From the NCBI GenBank assembly GCA_016840085.1, contig JAEOTA010000022.1:32001-96000 (forward strand): DNA of 64,000 nucleotides, written 5' to 3'. The stretch comes from Promethearchaeota archaeon. GTDB lineage: Archaea; Asgardarchaeota; Lokiarchaeia; Sigyniarchaeales; SOKP01. The position numbers and the translations under genes are program-made. The notes under the pieces are model-generated. The model had not been told where the DNA came from. It worked only from the letters and a program-made list of their open reading frames with translations, and did not search any database. Below are positions 1 through 9,674 of this stretch, one piece after another. Each line of letters starts with the position of its first letter. The stretch's first letter is position 1.

Positions 1-1227
1 TTAAGAGCTCTTGGTGTTGATTTTTTCACTGAAAAATCAAAGCAAAAAGAGAGGATTGAAAGATTTAAAGATGACAATGATCCTCTAAGATTTTTAATAG
101 TGTGTGATATGCTCATTACGGGATTTGATGCTCCAATTGAACAAGTGATGTATCTTGATAAGAGATTGACAGAACACAATTTATTACAAGCTATTGCCAG
201 GGTCAATAGAATTCATGAGGATAAAAATTATGGTCTTATTGTTGATTATTATGGTGTTTCTAATCATTTAGAAAGAGCCTTAGAAATCTTTGATAAACCT
301 GACATTGAGGGGTTTATGAAATCCATTGAGAGTGAGTTGTATCCTTTAGAAGGATATCATAAAGCTGTGCTCTCTTACTTTGAAGAAATAGATATAAATG
401 ATTTAGAAGCGTGTATTTTAGCTTTGGAGTCTGAAAGTGATAGAGCAGATTTTCACAGCGATTTTAAAAAGTTTGCGCAAAGTATGGATGTTGTTTTACC
501 AGATCCCCGTGCTCAACCATATTTAACTGATTTAAAAAGATTTGGTATGATTTTACAAGCTGCAAAAAACCGTTATCGTGAAGAACAATTGAACCTCGCT
601 GGATGTGGTAAGAAAGTCCAAAAGATTATAGATGAACACATAAGATCGACTGGTATTAAAATTTTAGTTGAACCTGTTCCCATTCTTTCAGAAAAATTCC
701 AGGATGCATTAGATAGTCTAAAATCGGAAAAATCAGTCGCAAGTGAAATGCAACACGCTATTCAACATGAAATAAGTGTTAAAATAGATGAAGATCCCGT
801 TTTTTATAGGAGTTTAAAAGAACGGTTAGAAGAAATAATACAGATGTACAATGAAAACAGAATCAATCTGGCCGAAAAAATTAAGAGATTAAGAGCACTA
901 TATAATGAAATTAAAGAAAGACCAAATTTAGCTGAAAAAATGGGACTCAACAGCGCTGAGCTAGCAATTTTCAATTTATTAAAGGAGGATTCTATTAAAT
1001 CGGGGATTGAAGATGAGCGGGAAATTGTGAAATTCACCTATGAGATATTAGAAGCAATTGAACCATATGTAACTCTGATCGATTGGCAAAATAAATCTGA
1101 TATTTTAAGACAAATACGAAAGGCAAGCAAACTGGTCTTTCATCAGAAAGATATTGATAAAAAAAGACAAAATCCTTTAGCACATCAAATTGAAGAACTC
1201 GCTAAAGTACATTTTCCATCAAGATAA
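1..1227 (+). CDS. hsdR: Type I restriction enzyme R subunit, C-terminal part (5'-truncated by window edge)
   Basis: Frame is open from base 1 (LRALGVDF...RFLIVCDMLITGFDAP). It has HsdR helicase motifs MLITGFDAP, YLDK and LLQAIARVNR...GLIVDY. Confidence 0.93.
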   Translation, partial: LRALGVDFFTEKSKQKERIERFKDDNDPLRFLIVCDMLITGFDAPIEQVMYLDKRLTEHNLLQAIARVNRIHEDKNYGLIVDYYGVSNHLERALEIFDKPDIEGFMKSIESELYPLEGYHKAVLSYFEEIDINDLEACILALESESDRADFHSDFKKFAQSMDVVLPDPRAQPYLTDLKRFGMILQAAKNRYREEQLNLAGCGKKVQKIIDEHIRSTGIKILVEPVPILSEKFQDALDSLKSEKSVASEMQHAIQHEISVKIDEDPVFYRSLKERLEEIIQMYNENRINLAEKIKRLRALYNEIKERPNLAEKMGLNSAELAIFNLLKEDSIKSGIEDEREIVKFTYEILEAIEPYVTLIDWQNKSDILRQIRKASKLVFHQKDIDKKRQNPLAHQIEELAKVHFPSR

Positions 1228-1266
1228 AAAATAAGACCAAATAAATATACAAAAAAATAAGTTAAA

Positions 1267-2010
1267 ATGGTTTCTGAAATACAAACGATAAAGTATGGAG
1301 ATATAGAAATTAGTTATTCCATAGACCGAACGTCTCGTAAGACTATAGGTATAGTTGTAGAACCCGATGGGAAAGTAATAATCAAAGCACCTTTAGATTT
1401 AGAACAACAAATAATCCAGGAATCAATTTACAAAAAAAGAAAATGGATTGCTGAAAAAATAAAATTAACAGAGGAAATCGAAAAACCAATTCCGCTTAAA
1501 CATGAACTTGTTAGCGGAGAAAAAATATTATTAAAAAATAGATTAATTAGATTAAAAATACACCCTTATCCAAATAAAAGGTCAAAAATTACATACGCTT
1601 TTAAAATTCTTCATATTTATATTAATGAAACACTTTCTCAAAAGGAACGAGAAGAAGAAATAAAGAGAGTGCTGATTAATTGGTATAAAGAAAAAGCTCT
1701 TAATATTATCACTAATAGAATTGATAAATACTTGGCATTAATTGATTTCAGGCCTCACGGAATTAAAATTAGAAACCAAAAAGTAAGATGGGGCAGTTGT
1801 ACTAAAGATGGAAAATTAATTTTTAATTGGAGAATTGTAATGGCTCCTATATCAGCTATTGATTATATTATTGTTCATGAATTATCACATTTAAAGGAAC
1901 CTACTCATTCTACTAAATTCTGGAGTATAGTTCAATCGCTGTTTCCCAATTTCAAAAAATGTAAAGAATGGCTTAGAATAAATGGATTAAATTTAGAATT
2001 AAGAATTTAA
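1267..2010 (+). CDS. M48/SprT-like zinc metalloprotease (YgjP/DUF45 family)
   Basis: RWGSC...FNWR...IDYIIVHELSH (HExxH). It lies directly after hsdR, a common arrangement. Confidence 0.88.
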   Translation: MVSEIQTIKYGDIEISYSIDRTSRKTIGIVVEPDGKVIIKAPLDLEQQIIQESIYKKRKWIAEKIKLTEEIEKPIPLKHELVSGEKILLKNRLIRLKIHPYPNKRSKITYAFKILHIYINETLSQKEREEEIKRVLINWYKEKALNIITNRIDKYLALIDFRPHGIKIRNQKVRWGSCTKDGKLIFNWRIVMAPISAIDYIIVHELSHLKEPTHSTKFWSIVQSLFPNFKKCKEWLRINGLNLELRI

Positions 2011-2030
2011 CAAAAGGATTATTAAAAAAT

Positions 2031-4763
2031 CTACTCATTATTTAATGGATTTTCAATAAGATTTTGTAGAACTTCATTTTTTTCTAAAATTTCGGGACAT
2101 TGTTCAAAATGATATGAAATCCATCGAACTTTTCCATCTTGAATTTTATTATAGAAATAACAGGCATTTTTATTTTTTCTGGGTTCTAACGAAATTGTAA
2201 AAAATGGCAATAATTTAAGTGGTGTAAGTTGATTTTTTTCGATCATATATATAGTACCTTTATCCATTGGGATTGATGTTATTATTTCTTTTTTTTTAAA
2301 AATCATTGAAGGTCCTTTTAAGTCATGAACAGTATAACTGTATTTACCAAATTCGTAATCATTCTTACCTGGTAGTATAAATAATAAAGAATCAAATTTG
2401 TTAGCCATAACTTCTCTAAAGTTAGTTAATTCTTTTTCTAAAAGAGTTAAACGGTTCGATATTATGTCTGGATTCATAATTCCACTGTGACCTTTCCAAT
2501 CGTTCCGATATCTATTAGTAATTTTTAAAATCTTCATTAATTTATCATTAATAATAGATTCTAGAATTTCTATAGTATTAATATGGTATAAAGAAAGGCA
2601 GAGATTCCTATTTTCAGAACTAAATAGTAAATCATTTGTGATTTTAATAAGAGTAGAATTATAGGTGACCAACTTACCAAATGTACTAAATTTTAAATTT
2701 TTAAATCCCTTCTCATTTGTAAAAATTGTCTTTTTGAAGCGGTCAAATAGTTCTGTTTTCCAATACATAGCACTAATCATTATAGTAAATAAAAATTCTG
2801 CTAAAGCTTCAAAAAAATTGAGTAAATGATCCACTTTTAATTTTGGTTTAATATCCGCATGATATCGTATTAATATTGAAGCCAATGGGTATGGGAGTTT
2901 GTTAATCCATTCTTCAAAACCTTCCTTGCGATTAAACGAACTTAACTTTTGTCTGATGTTATTTATTTCCTTAAGGTTTGACCATAATTTAGAATCGTAT
3001 TCTTTAAGTTGCAGAATAATCTCTCGTATATTTTGATGTAAATCGATAATTATATTTTGAGTATTTATATCTGGAAGATATATTTTTGATGTTATTAAAC
3101 TTTTCTTTGAAATACTTGGAATTACAGATCCAAAAGATATATGTTCTCTCAATTTTAAGCCAAGAGGGGAATTATAAAAACCTGAAGCAAAATCTGCCAA
3201 TAATTTATCTGGATTAAAAACTAACTGAATATAATTATGTGGTTTTAAGCTAATTTCATCTAAATTTACTATTGACTCAGATCTGCCAATTTTTGGTAGG
3301 TATATTGAGTTAGATTTTGACTCAAATCCGTTTAATAAATCTTTAGAACTTAAATTAATTTCACTTATCAAATCTTTCAGATAGTACGAATCTAATCTCA
3401 TTTTAGATGCAATAGAATCAAGATCATTAATATAAATTTTAGGGTATAAATTATAATCATTTTTTTTAATTGTTTCTATATTAATTATAGCAGAAAATTG
3501 CTCAATATTTTCTAATTTTTCATAAGCGCTTAGAATTTTATTTAGATGAAATTCCTGAAGTATATTTTTTCCCTGAAAATGTTCAAATTCATCTTTAGCT
3601 TGAATGAAATAAATATTATTTTTCAATATTTCTGGTTTGTTCTTATTAATTATAATTACACAGCAAGATATATTCGTATTCCAGAATAGATTGGAAGGCA
3701 ACTCTATAATAGTTTCAATTAAATCATCCTTTATGAATGCTTTTCTAATCTTCCTTTCTGATCTACCTCGAAATAATGCCCCATTATCTGTAAGAATTCC
3801 AAATCTTCCATATTCTGAAGTTATTTCTAACATATGCTGCAGCCACATCCAATCACCAGAAGTTTTTGGTGGTATTCCATATTTAGATCTATTATATGGA
3901 TCTCCATTTGTATAATGCTTTCGAGGCCAATCCCATTGATTCATTGGAGGACTAGATATTACAATATCAAATTTCATTAATTCATTATTTTGAAGAAATG
4001 GATTGATTAATGAATTGCCTAATTCTATTTTTGCACTAAAAAATCCACTTAAAAAAAAATATAATTTTGTAATATACCACAAATCATAACTTAATTCTTT
4101 ACCAAAAATCGACAAGTTATCTAAATTATTACCCTTTTCCTTAAGATTATTAACTGATTCTAATAAAAAACTCCCATTACGAGAACAAGGATCACATATC
4201 TTCATACCTTCTTCTGGCTTTAATAGTTTAATTATTAATTTAACAATTTGAGGTGGTGGTAAAAATTCATTATTACTTTCACTACTAATATAGCCCCCAT
4301 ATTTAATGATCAATTCAAACCCAATAAGAATTAATCCAGTATCCATTAGATTTGAATTAGATAAATTATATTTAGGATTGCTAAAATGTTGTATTAATTT
4401 ATTTAATAATCTATCTGGTAAATTAGTAGGATCCATAAATTGAATTGGAGTAAATAAACCTTTCAAAATGGGGTTAAAATCTTCTAAAGCATCAAATGCC
4501 TTATCGATTTCAAAACCAATTCCTTCAGAAACATTACGAATATCCCTCCAATGTGCACCATCTGGAATAAATATCTCATAATTATCCGGATCTTCTGGAT
4601 CACCTTTTAAATGGTTGAATATCTCATCAAATTGATCACTTATCCTTTTTAAAAAAAAGAGTGCACTTAGATAGTAAAACTTCTTTTTTTTAAATTTTAA
4701 TACACTTAAAATTTCTCCTGCTTCCCATAAAAACCTCTCTAAAGTAATTAGATCTATTGTCAT
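2031..4763 (-). CDS. HsdM-like N6-methyltransferase fused to a TRD-like segment and a C-terminal HEPN-like domain; MTase motifs degenerate
   Basis: HsdM_N (LERFLWEA..LFFLKRISDQF), motif I variant DPCSRNGSFL, motif IV variant SSPPM, GALFRG and LPSNLF. TRD-like GSVIPSISKKSL...IYLP..TQ. C-terminal RNDWKGH (Rx5H). Confidence 0.75.
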   Translation of the reverse strand: MTIDLITLERFLWEAGEILSVLKFKKKKFYYLSALFFLKRISDQFDEIFNHLKGDPEDPDNYEIFIPDGAHWRDIRNVSEGIGFEIDKAFDALEDFNPILKGLFTPIQFMDPTNLPDRLLNKLIQHFSNPKYNLSNSNLMDTGLILIGFELIIKYGGYISSESNNEFLPPPQIVKLIIKLLKPEEGMKICDPCSRNGSFLLESVNNLKEKGNNLDNLSIFGKELSYDLWYITKLYFFLSGFFSAKIELGNSLINPFLQNNELMKFDIVISSPPMNQWDWPRKHYTNGDPYNRSKYGIPPKTSGDWMWLQHMLEITSEYGRFGILTDNGALFRGRSERKIRKAFIKDDLIETIIELPSNLFWNTNISCCVIIINKNKPEILKNNIYFIQAKDEFEHFQGKNILQEFHLNKILSAYEKLENIEQFSAIINIETIKKNDYNLYPKIYINDLDSIASKMRLDSYYLKDLISEINLSSKDLLNGFESKSNSIYLPKIGRSESIVNLDEISLKPHNYIQLVFNPDKLLADFASGFYNSPLGLKLREHISFGSVIPSISKKSLITSKIYLPDINTQNIIIDLHQNIREIILQLKEYDSKLWSNLKEINNIRQKLSSFNRKEGFEEWINKLPYPLASILIRYHADIKPKLKVDHLLNFFEALAEFLFTIMISAMYWKTELFDRFKKTIFTNEKGFKNLKFSTFGKLVTYNSTLIKITNDLLFSSENRNLCLSLYHINTIEILESIINDKLMKILKITNRYRNDWKGHSGIMNPDIISNRLTLLEKELTNFREVMANKFDSLLFILPGKNDYEFGKYSYTVHDLKGPSMIFKKKEIITSIPMDKGTIYMIEKNQLTPLKLLPFFTISLEPRKNKNACYFYNKIQDGKVRWISYHFEQCPEILEKNEVLQNLIENPLNNE

Positions 4764-5546
4764 AATAATAATACCAAATTAATTATATACATTAATGGAT
4801 AATTATCAATATTTATAAAAAGAAATATTATTAAAGATTTTATGAAAAATTACCAAATTCGATAAATTAACTTTCTAATTGAATTTTTATGAATTATGAA
4901 GAAATTAATGATAAATTAATTAGAGATGTTTTGAAAGACTTCAAAATCTCTAATTCATTCAGTTTTTAGAGCTTTATTCAAAATTAAAAAAATAAAACAT
5001 AAATAAATATTTAATTAATAAAAGTAAAATAATACAAGATCTCAACATATAGAATTTAATATCATTCTTTCTTACTTATTAAACGATGAATGAACTAACT
5101 GCGAGAGAAATACATTAGATAGAAGCACTTGCTAAAAAACATGAATTTTTCACATCATTCATGCTCCATTACTAAAGTAAAACATTAATTATCGAATAAT
5201 CAGATTTATAGTCAGGCAGAATAGAATGGTTACACACTCTTATCTGCTGAAGAAGTAAAATTTCTGGAAGAGAATTCTAAAAATAATGAAAATATGCAGG
5301 AATTGTTGGAGATTTATGAAATAATATAATATTTAGGAAGCTTTAATTATAAAGAATTCTTAGATCTAAAATTAGAAGTAATCAAAGAGAAAAAAAAATT
5401 GCTGAATCTATAGAGAATCCTTTCAATTATGCTAAATCCTGATAATGTATTACTTAAAATCAAAATTATTTAAATATTTAAATATTAAAAATTAATAATT
5501 TGATATATAAGAGAAATCATACAAGAACGTAAAACCTATAAAAGAA

Positions 5547-7613
5547 ATGAACGTAGTAAAAGTTTTGGGTAAAGAATATCAAATCACTGATGCCTCCCTT
5601 GACTTAAGTGGAATATCTTTAGAAAGTATCTCTGATATAAAAGGATTAGATAATTTTTCTAATCTTAAACTCCTTTTTCTTGATGAGAATGAGATTTCCG
5701 AGATAGCGGGGTTAGAATCTCTTGAAAGTCTCGAAATATTATCATTAGCAGATAATAGAATATCTGAAATTAAAGGACTTAATACTTTAACCAATTTAAA
5801 ATTCTTAGATCTTCGTTTAAATGATCTTTATGAAATAAAGGGATTAGAATTTTTAATAAATTTAGAAGAATTAATTCTTGACGATACTGGCATTTCAGAA
5901 ATAAAAGGACTTGATAACTTAAAAGATTTAAAGATTTTATCGCTAGACTACAATTCTATAAAAGAAGTTAAAAATTTAGATGGATTGTATGACTTAGAAG
6001 AATTATATTTAAATCTTAATGAAATAAGTAAAATAAAGAATCTGGACAACCTAAAAAATCTAAAAACTTTAGGTCTTGAATCAAATAAGATCTCAGAAAT
6101 CATAGGACTTGAACATTTAAAAAGATTAGAATTTTTAAATCTTTCTGATAATCCATTAGAGGGTATAGATGAGTTTTATGTAAGGAGTGAAGTTAATGCA
6201 CAAACTATAGTTGAATATTGTCTGAGAAAAACTCGTGGTGAGCCAGAAAATATTGAATTTTATGATCTAAATAAAATATATGATCAAAATCTAAATGAGT
6301 TTAAACTCTATTTAGAAAAATTAAATTCTGATGATTTTATTAACATAGGAACTCATCGAGAATTTAAAAAGCATAGAATTATACAAAATAGGATATTTTT
6401 TGAATATCCCGTTGAAAGAGTCTTTTTATCAGATGTAGATACTTCATTTAGTAGGCTAAAGATTCATATTATACAACTGCATTCTTTAAAAGGCATTGAA
6501 TATAATGAAAGTGATAAATTGGAATTTTTTAAATATATAATAAGACATTTCTGGGATAATAAAGAAATTGAAGAAAAGAATGTTTTAGTATATAAAGATT
6601 TTAACTATCGAATCTCAAGCAAAATTGATGAAATTCTAGATTTATCGATAATTAAAAATCAATTTCCTCCGAATCTAGTTATATTTCCAGAAAATTCTAT
6701 ACCTTATTCCAAAGTTGAGGATTTAAAAATAATTTCTAAAAATTACAGAGTTATTATGATTGGTGGACTAGAACATCGCATAGATAATATTGGTGAAAAT
6801 TTTACAAATACAGCTTTTATTATTGATAAGGGAAATATCGGTTATCAAATAAAGCAAACACCTGTAAAGATTATTGATTCGAAAAACAATAACATTTTGC
6901 AAGAAAGAATAATTTGTCAAAAAATTCCTAAGATTAAAATTTTCCAAACCTCTATCGGGAGCGTTGCTGTAATTATTTGTAAAGATTTTTTAAGATTAAG
7001 TGATATTATCTCCAATTGGGCGAAAAAGAATGAGGTTGATATTATTGTAATCCCTTCCCTAACAAGTAAAGTTCTTCCTTTCCACTCTAAACTATTCAAT
7101 ATTTTGAATTACTCAACTCACAAAGATTTAATTATCATATTTAGTAATATAGGGGAATATGGGGGTTCTGAATTATTTTCTATTGATACAAATCCTCAAA
7201 TTGAAGCTAAATTTAGAAAAAATGTTTATGATAATATAGGTGAAACCATTATAGTCAGAGAGATTGATTTAAAAACAATTAAATTAATAATGTCTGACAT
7301 AAAATTTAAATTTTTAAAAGATTGGGATAAACTAGAAAAGATCCTTATTCTCAAAATAATGGCAAATATGAATCAAGAAATAACTCCAACTCCTCAAAAT
7401 CATACTTCTATTATGAAATTCCTTCAAAAAAAAAAATTAATATCAGCACAAAATTTATTTGATTTTTATGAATTAAGGAAAATTAGGAATTCCATAGTTA
7501 GTGATAAAATAATTGCCCGAAGAACATTAGAAAATTTCAATAATAGATTAAGTGATTTAATAAGATCTCTTGAGAAAATAACGATAAAAAAAATAATTGA
7601 ACTAAAAATTTAA
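5547..7613 (+). CDS. Leucine-rich-repeat protein fused to a carbon-nitrogen hydrolase (nitrilase-fold) domain and a degenerate HEPN-like tail
   Basis: About 8-9 22-aa SDS22-type LRRs (LxLxxNxISEIKGLxxLxxL). Nitrilase triad motifs VIFPEN, QIKQTP, VIICKDF, then SNIGEYGGS. C-terminal ELRKIRNSIVS. Confidence 0.78.
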   Translation: MNVVKVLGKEYQITDASLDLSGISLESISDIKGLDNFSNLKLLFLDENEISEIAGLESLESLEILSLADNRISEIKGLNTLTNLKFLDLRLNDLYEIKGLEFLINLEELILDDTGISEIKGLDNLKDLKILSLDYNSIKEVKNLDGLYDLEELYLNLNEISKIKNLDNLKNLKTLGLESNKISEIIGLEHLKRLEFLNLSDNPLEGIDEFYVRSEVNAQTIVEYCLRKTRGEPENIEFYDLNKIYDQNLNEFKLYLEKLNSDDFINIGTHREFKKHRIIQNRIFFEYPVERVFLSDVDTSFSRLKIHIIQLHSLKGIEYNESDKLEFFKYIIRHFWDNKEIEEKNVLVYKDFNYRISSKIDEILDLSIIKNQFPPNLVIFPENSIPYSKVEDLKIISKNYRVIMIGGLEHRIDNIGENFTNTAFIIDKGNIGYQIKQTPVKIIDSKNNNILQERIICQKIPKIKIFQTSIGSVAVIICKDFLRLSDIISNWAKKNEVDIIVIPSLTSKVLPFHSKLFNILNYSTHKDLIIIFSNIGEYGGSELFSIDTNPQIEAKFRKNVYDNIGETIIVREIDLKTIKLIMSDIKFKFLKDWDKLEKILILKIMANMNQEITPTPQNHTSIMKFLQKKKLISAQNLFDFYELRKIRNSIVSDKIIARRTLENFNNRLSDLIRSLEKITIKKIIELKI

Positions 7614-7618
7614 ATTAT

Positions 7619-8173
7619 TTATAACGACGGAATTAATTTCGCAAAACTGCAGCGAGTTTTAATTTCTATTGATGATAATTTAAAACTTCTTATAAATTTT
7701 ATGAGTGCACGCTGAAATTTCTTGAAAGTGTCAAAAAAAGTGTTATGCGTGACCTGTTTGCGGAAGAACTTCCAAAACCACTCCATTGGATTTAAATCGG
7801 GGGAGTATGGCGGTAGAAAGAGAAGCTCAAATTTTTCCTTGTTAGCTTCTAAAAATGGTTCTAACTCCTTAGAATGGTGCGCACGGGCATTGTCCAATAT
7901 CAGGAGGATTTTCCCCGAGTTCATATACCTGGCAAGGAGCCCCTCTAAAAAATGTTGGAAATGGGATGCCTTTAACGTGTTAGATAATGCCACATGAACT
8001 TTTCCAGCTAGGGGTTCAACTGCACCAATGAGATGTTGTCGTTGCCGACCGCCGTAGGTTAAGATTTCGGGCTGTTGCCCTTTTAACGACCACATGCGAG
8101 TGATGGACGGCGAAAACTGGATACTCGCCTCGTCTTGGAAAAGAACTACGCCATCTTCTCCGAGAGAGTCCAA
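7619..8173 (-). CDS. IS630 transposase DDE ORF B (probably joined to ORF A by a -1 frameshift)
   Basis: FQDEA, LILDNARAH and LPPYSPDLNPME motifs. The stop codon uses the target TA. Confidence 0.9.
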   Translation of the reverse strand: MDSLGEDGVVLFQDEASIQFSPSITRMWSLKGQQPEILTYGGRQRQHLIGAVEPLAGKVHVALSNTLKASHFQHFLEGLLARYMNSGKILLILDNARAHHSKELEPFLEANKEKFELLFLPPYSPDLNPMEWFWKFFRKQVTHNTFFDTFKKFQRALIKFIRSFKLSSIEIKTRCSFAKLIPSL

Positions 8174-8776
8174 ACTTTTTTAAAATCATTTAGGAATTCT
8201 TTTTGTTTCTCAATATCAGCCTTCGGAAACTTGTATCTCGGACGTTGGAGCGTAAACCCTAGCTTGTGAAGGAGTCTCTGCGCTTGGCGCACGCTTAATT
8301 CCACGCCAAATTTCTGTTTAATGTGATACGACACGCTCTTTCCTTCCCAATTGCTAAACTCATACCCTAATTCACGAGGATGGGTTAACACATCCGCTTT
8401 TAACGTTTCTTTTTCTTCTTCAGAAAGGCTTGAGGGGCGCCCTGGAGGTGTATTTGGAACGATGTTTTCTAATCCACCCTCATTGAACATCTTTACCAAA
8501 GTTTGTATCGTTCTACGAGATTTTTTTATTAGTTCTGCAACTATCGTGCAGTTCATGAACTCATGCATCAAAAAAAGAGCATGATATCGTTCTTTCAGCT
8601 TAGAATTTTTCTCTTTCTTGTAGAGCTCGACCAACTCATCGTGGTTTGGCGAGCTCCTTGTTATTTGAAGTTTTTCCATGAATCTAAGAGCAAAAAATAG
8701 TCTTATTTAAGGGTGTGATATTCAGGCGATATCCAGAAAAAGATACTTAAAGCATGAGAAATTATTTATGTCGTTA
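7622..8776 (-). mobile_element. Complete IS630-family insertion sequence (about 1155 bp)
   Basis: Terminal IRs TAACGACGGAATTAATTTC and (rc) TAACGACATAAATAATTTC differ at 3 positions. TA duplication at 7620-7621 and 8777-8778. It contains a split HTH+DDE transposase. Confidence 0.92.
8146..8679 (-). CDS. IS630 transposase N-terminal (HTH) ORF A
   Basis: ERYHAL...PPGRPSSL...W...I...FGV...RLLHKLGFTLQRPR. It overlaps ORF B in the -1 frame at TTT AAA AAA GTT. Confidence 0.9.
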   Translation of the reverse strand: MEKLQITRSSPNHDELVELYKKEKNSKLKERYHALFLMHEFMNCTIVAELIKKSRRTIQTLVKMFNEGGLENIVPNTPPGRPSSLSEEEKETLKADVLTHPRELGYEFSNWEGKSVSYHIKQKFGVELSVRQAQRLLHKLGFTLQRPRYKFPKADIEKQKEFLNDFKKVWTLSEKMA

Positions 8777-9013
8777 TAAATATAATGGGATGTATTCTCC
8801 AAAAAAAGAAATTCTTGTTAAATTACGTGAAATAACTGCTATTCTTTCAAAATTTTTTTTATTTAATTTTTTTATTTAAATAGAAGGGATAGAATAAATA
8901 TTCAAATTTGAAAAATAAACCACAAATCATGACTCCTATCATCCATCCTTTGGGTTTATCAGGTGCCAAAATTCTTACAATACATTTTAATATACATCTC
9001 TAAATTTTGGGTT

Positions 9014-9403
9014 TTACCTCATAAGTGGGGAGTTCCTGGTAGGAGTCTCCTTATTTTTATATAGATAATTAGAACGGTTTTTTAAAGCTTCAATTACTTC
9101 TTTTTCGAGTGGATCTAATCCCTCGGATAGAATAGCTTCGGCAATATCTAAACCTTTTGGAGTCAGGGAAATATTATGGCGAGATCCTTGATTATTAAGA
9201 TTTGGAACGTACTTCCTGTCAATAAATTGTTTATTAGTTAAAAAAGAAAGGGCTTGAGAAATTCTACTCTTAGACTTATTAAACCTTTTAATAAGATCTT
9301 CTGTGAGTACCTCTTCCTTGCTAAATCTCTGTTGCCGGAGATATAACAGTATTCTCGTGATAAGATGAGGATAAAATTGCTTCCTTTCCTTCTTCGATAA
9401 CAC
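9014..9403 (-). CDS. Winged-helix (MarR-like) DNA-binding protein
   Basis: KSKSRISQALSFLTNKQFIDR...ISLTPKG wHTH pattern; divergent from the 544-aa gene. Confidence 0.6.
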   Translation of the reverse strand: MLSKKERKQFYPHLITRILLYLRQQRFSKEEVLTEDLIKRFNKSKSRISQALSFLTNKQFIDRKYVPNLNNQGSRHNISLTPKGLDIAEAILSEGLDPLEKEVIEALKNRSNYLYKNKETPTRNSPLMR

Positions 9404-9674
9404 AAATATTTTCTAGTTTAATATTTATAAACTACACCATCGTTCGAAATTTGGAGAATGAGCAGATCCATAGGTTTTTGAATTTCAAAATGGAATACAA
9501 AAAGTGAAGTTTAATCAAAAATAAACTAGTTTAATGTTATATAAACTTCATAGAGCGAATATATAGAAGAATAAGTATATATAGTAGATTTTAATATTTA
9601 AATCATGAGATTACGCGTTAATGTAGTCTTATTCATCAGTCTGCGCGAATATAGCGACTGAAAACACCCAAAGG

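Noticed and set aside
5600-6160. Periodic 66-bp repeats (and the repeats in 59.5-63 kb) as a CRISPR or DGR array
   Set aside because: They are degenerate, in-frame protein repeats (LRR and propeller blades) with no identical repeat-spacer structure and no cas or RT gene.
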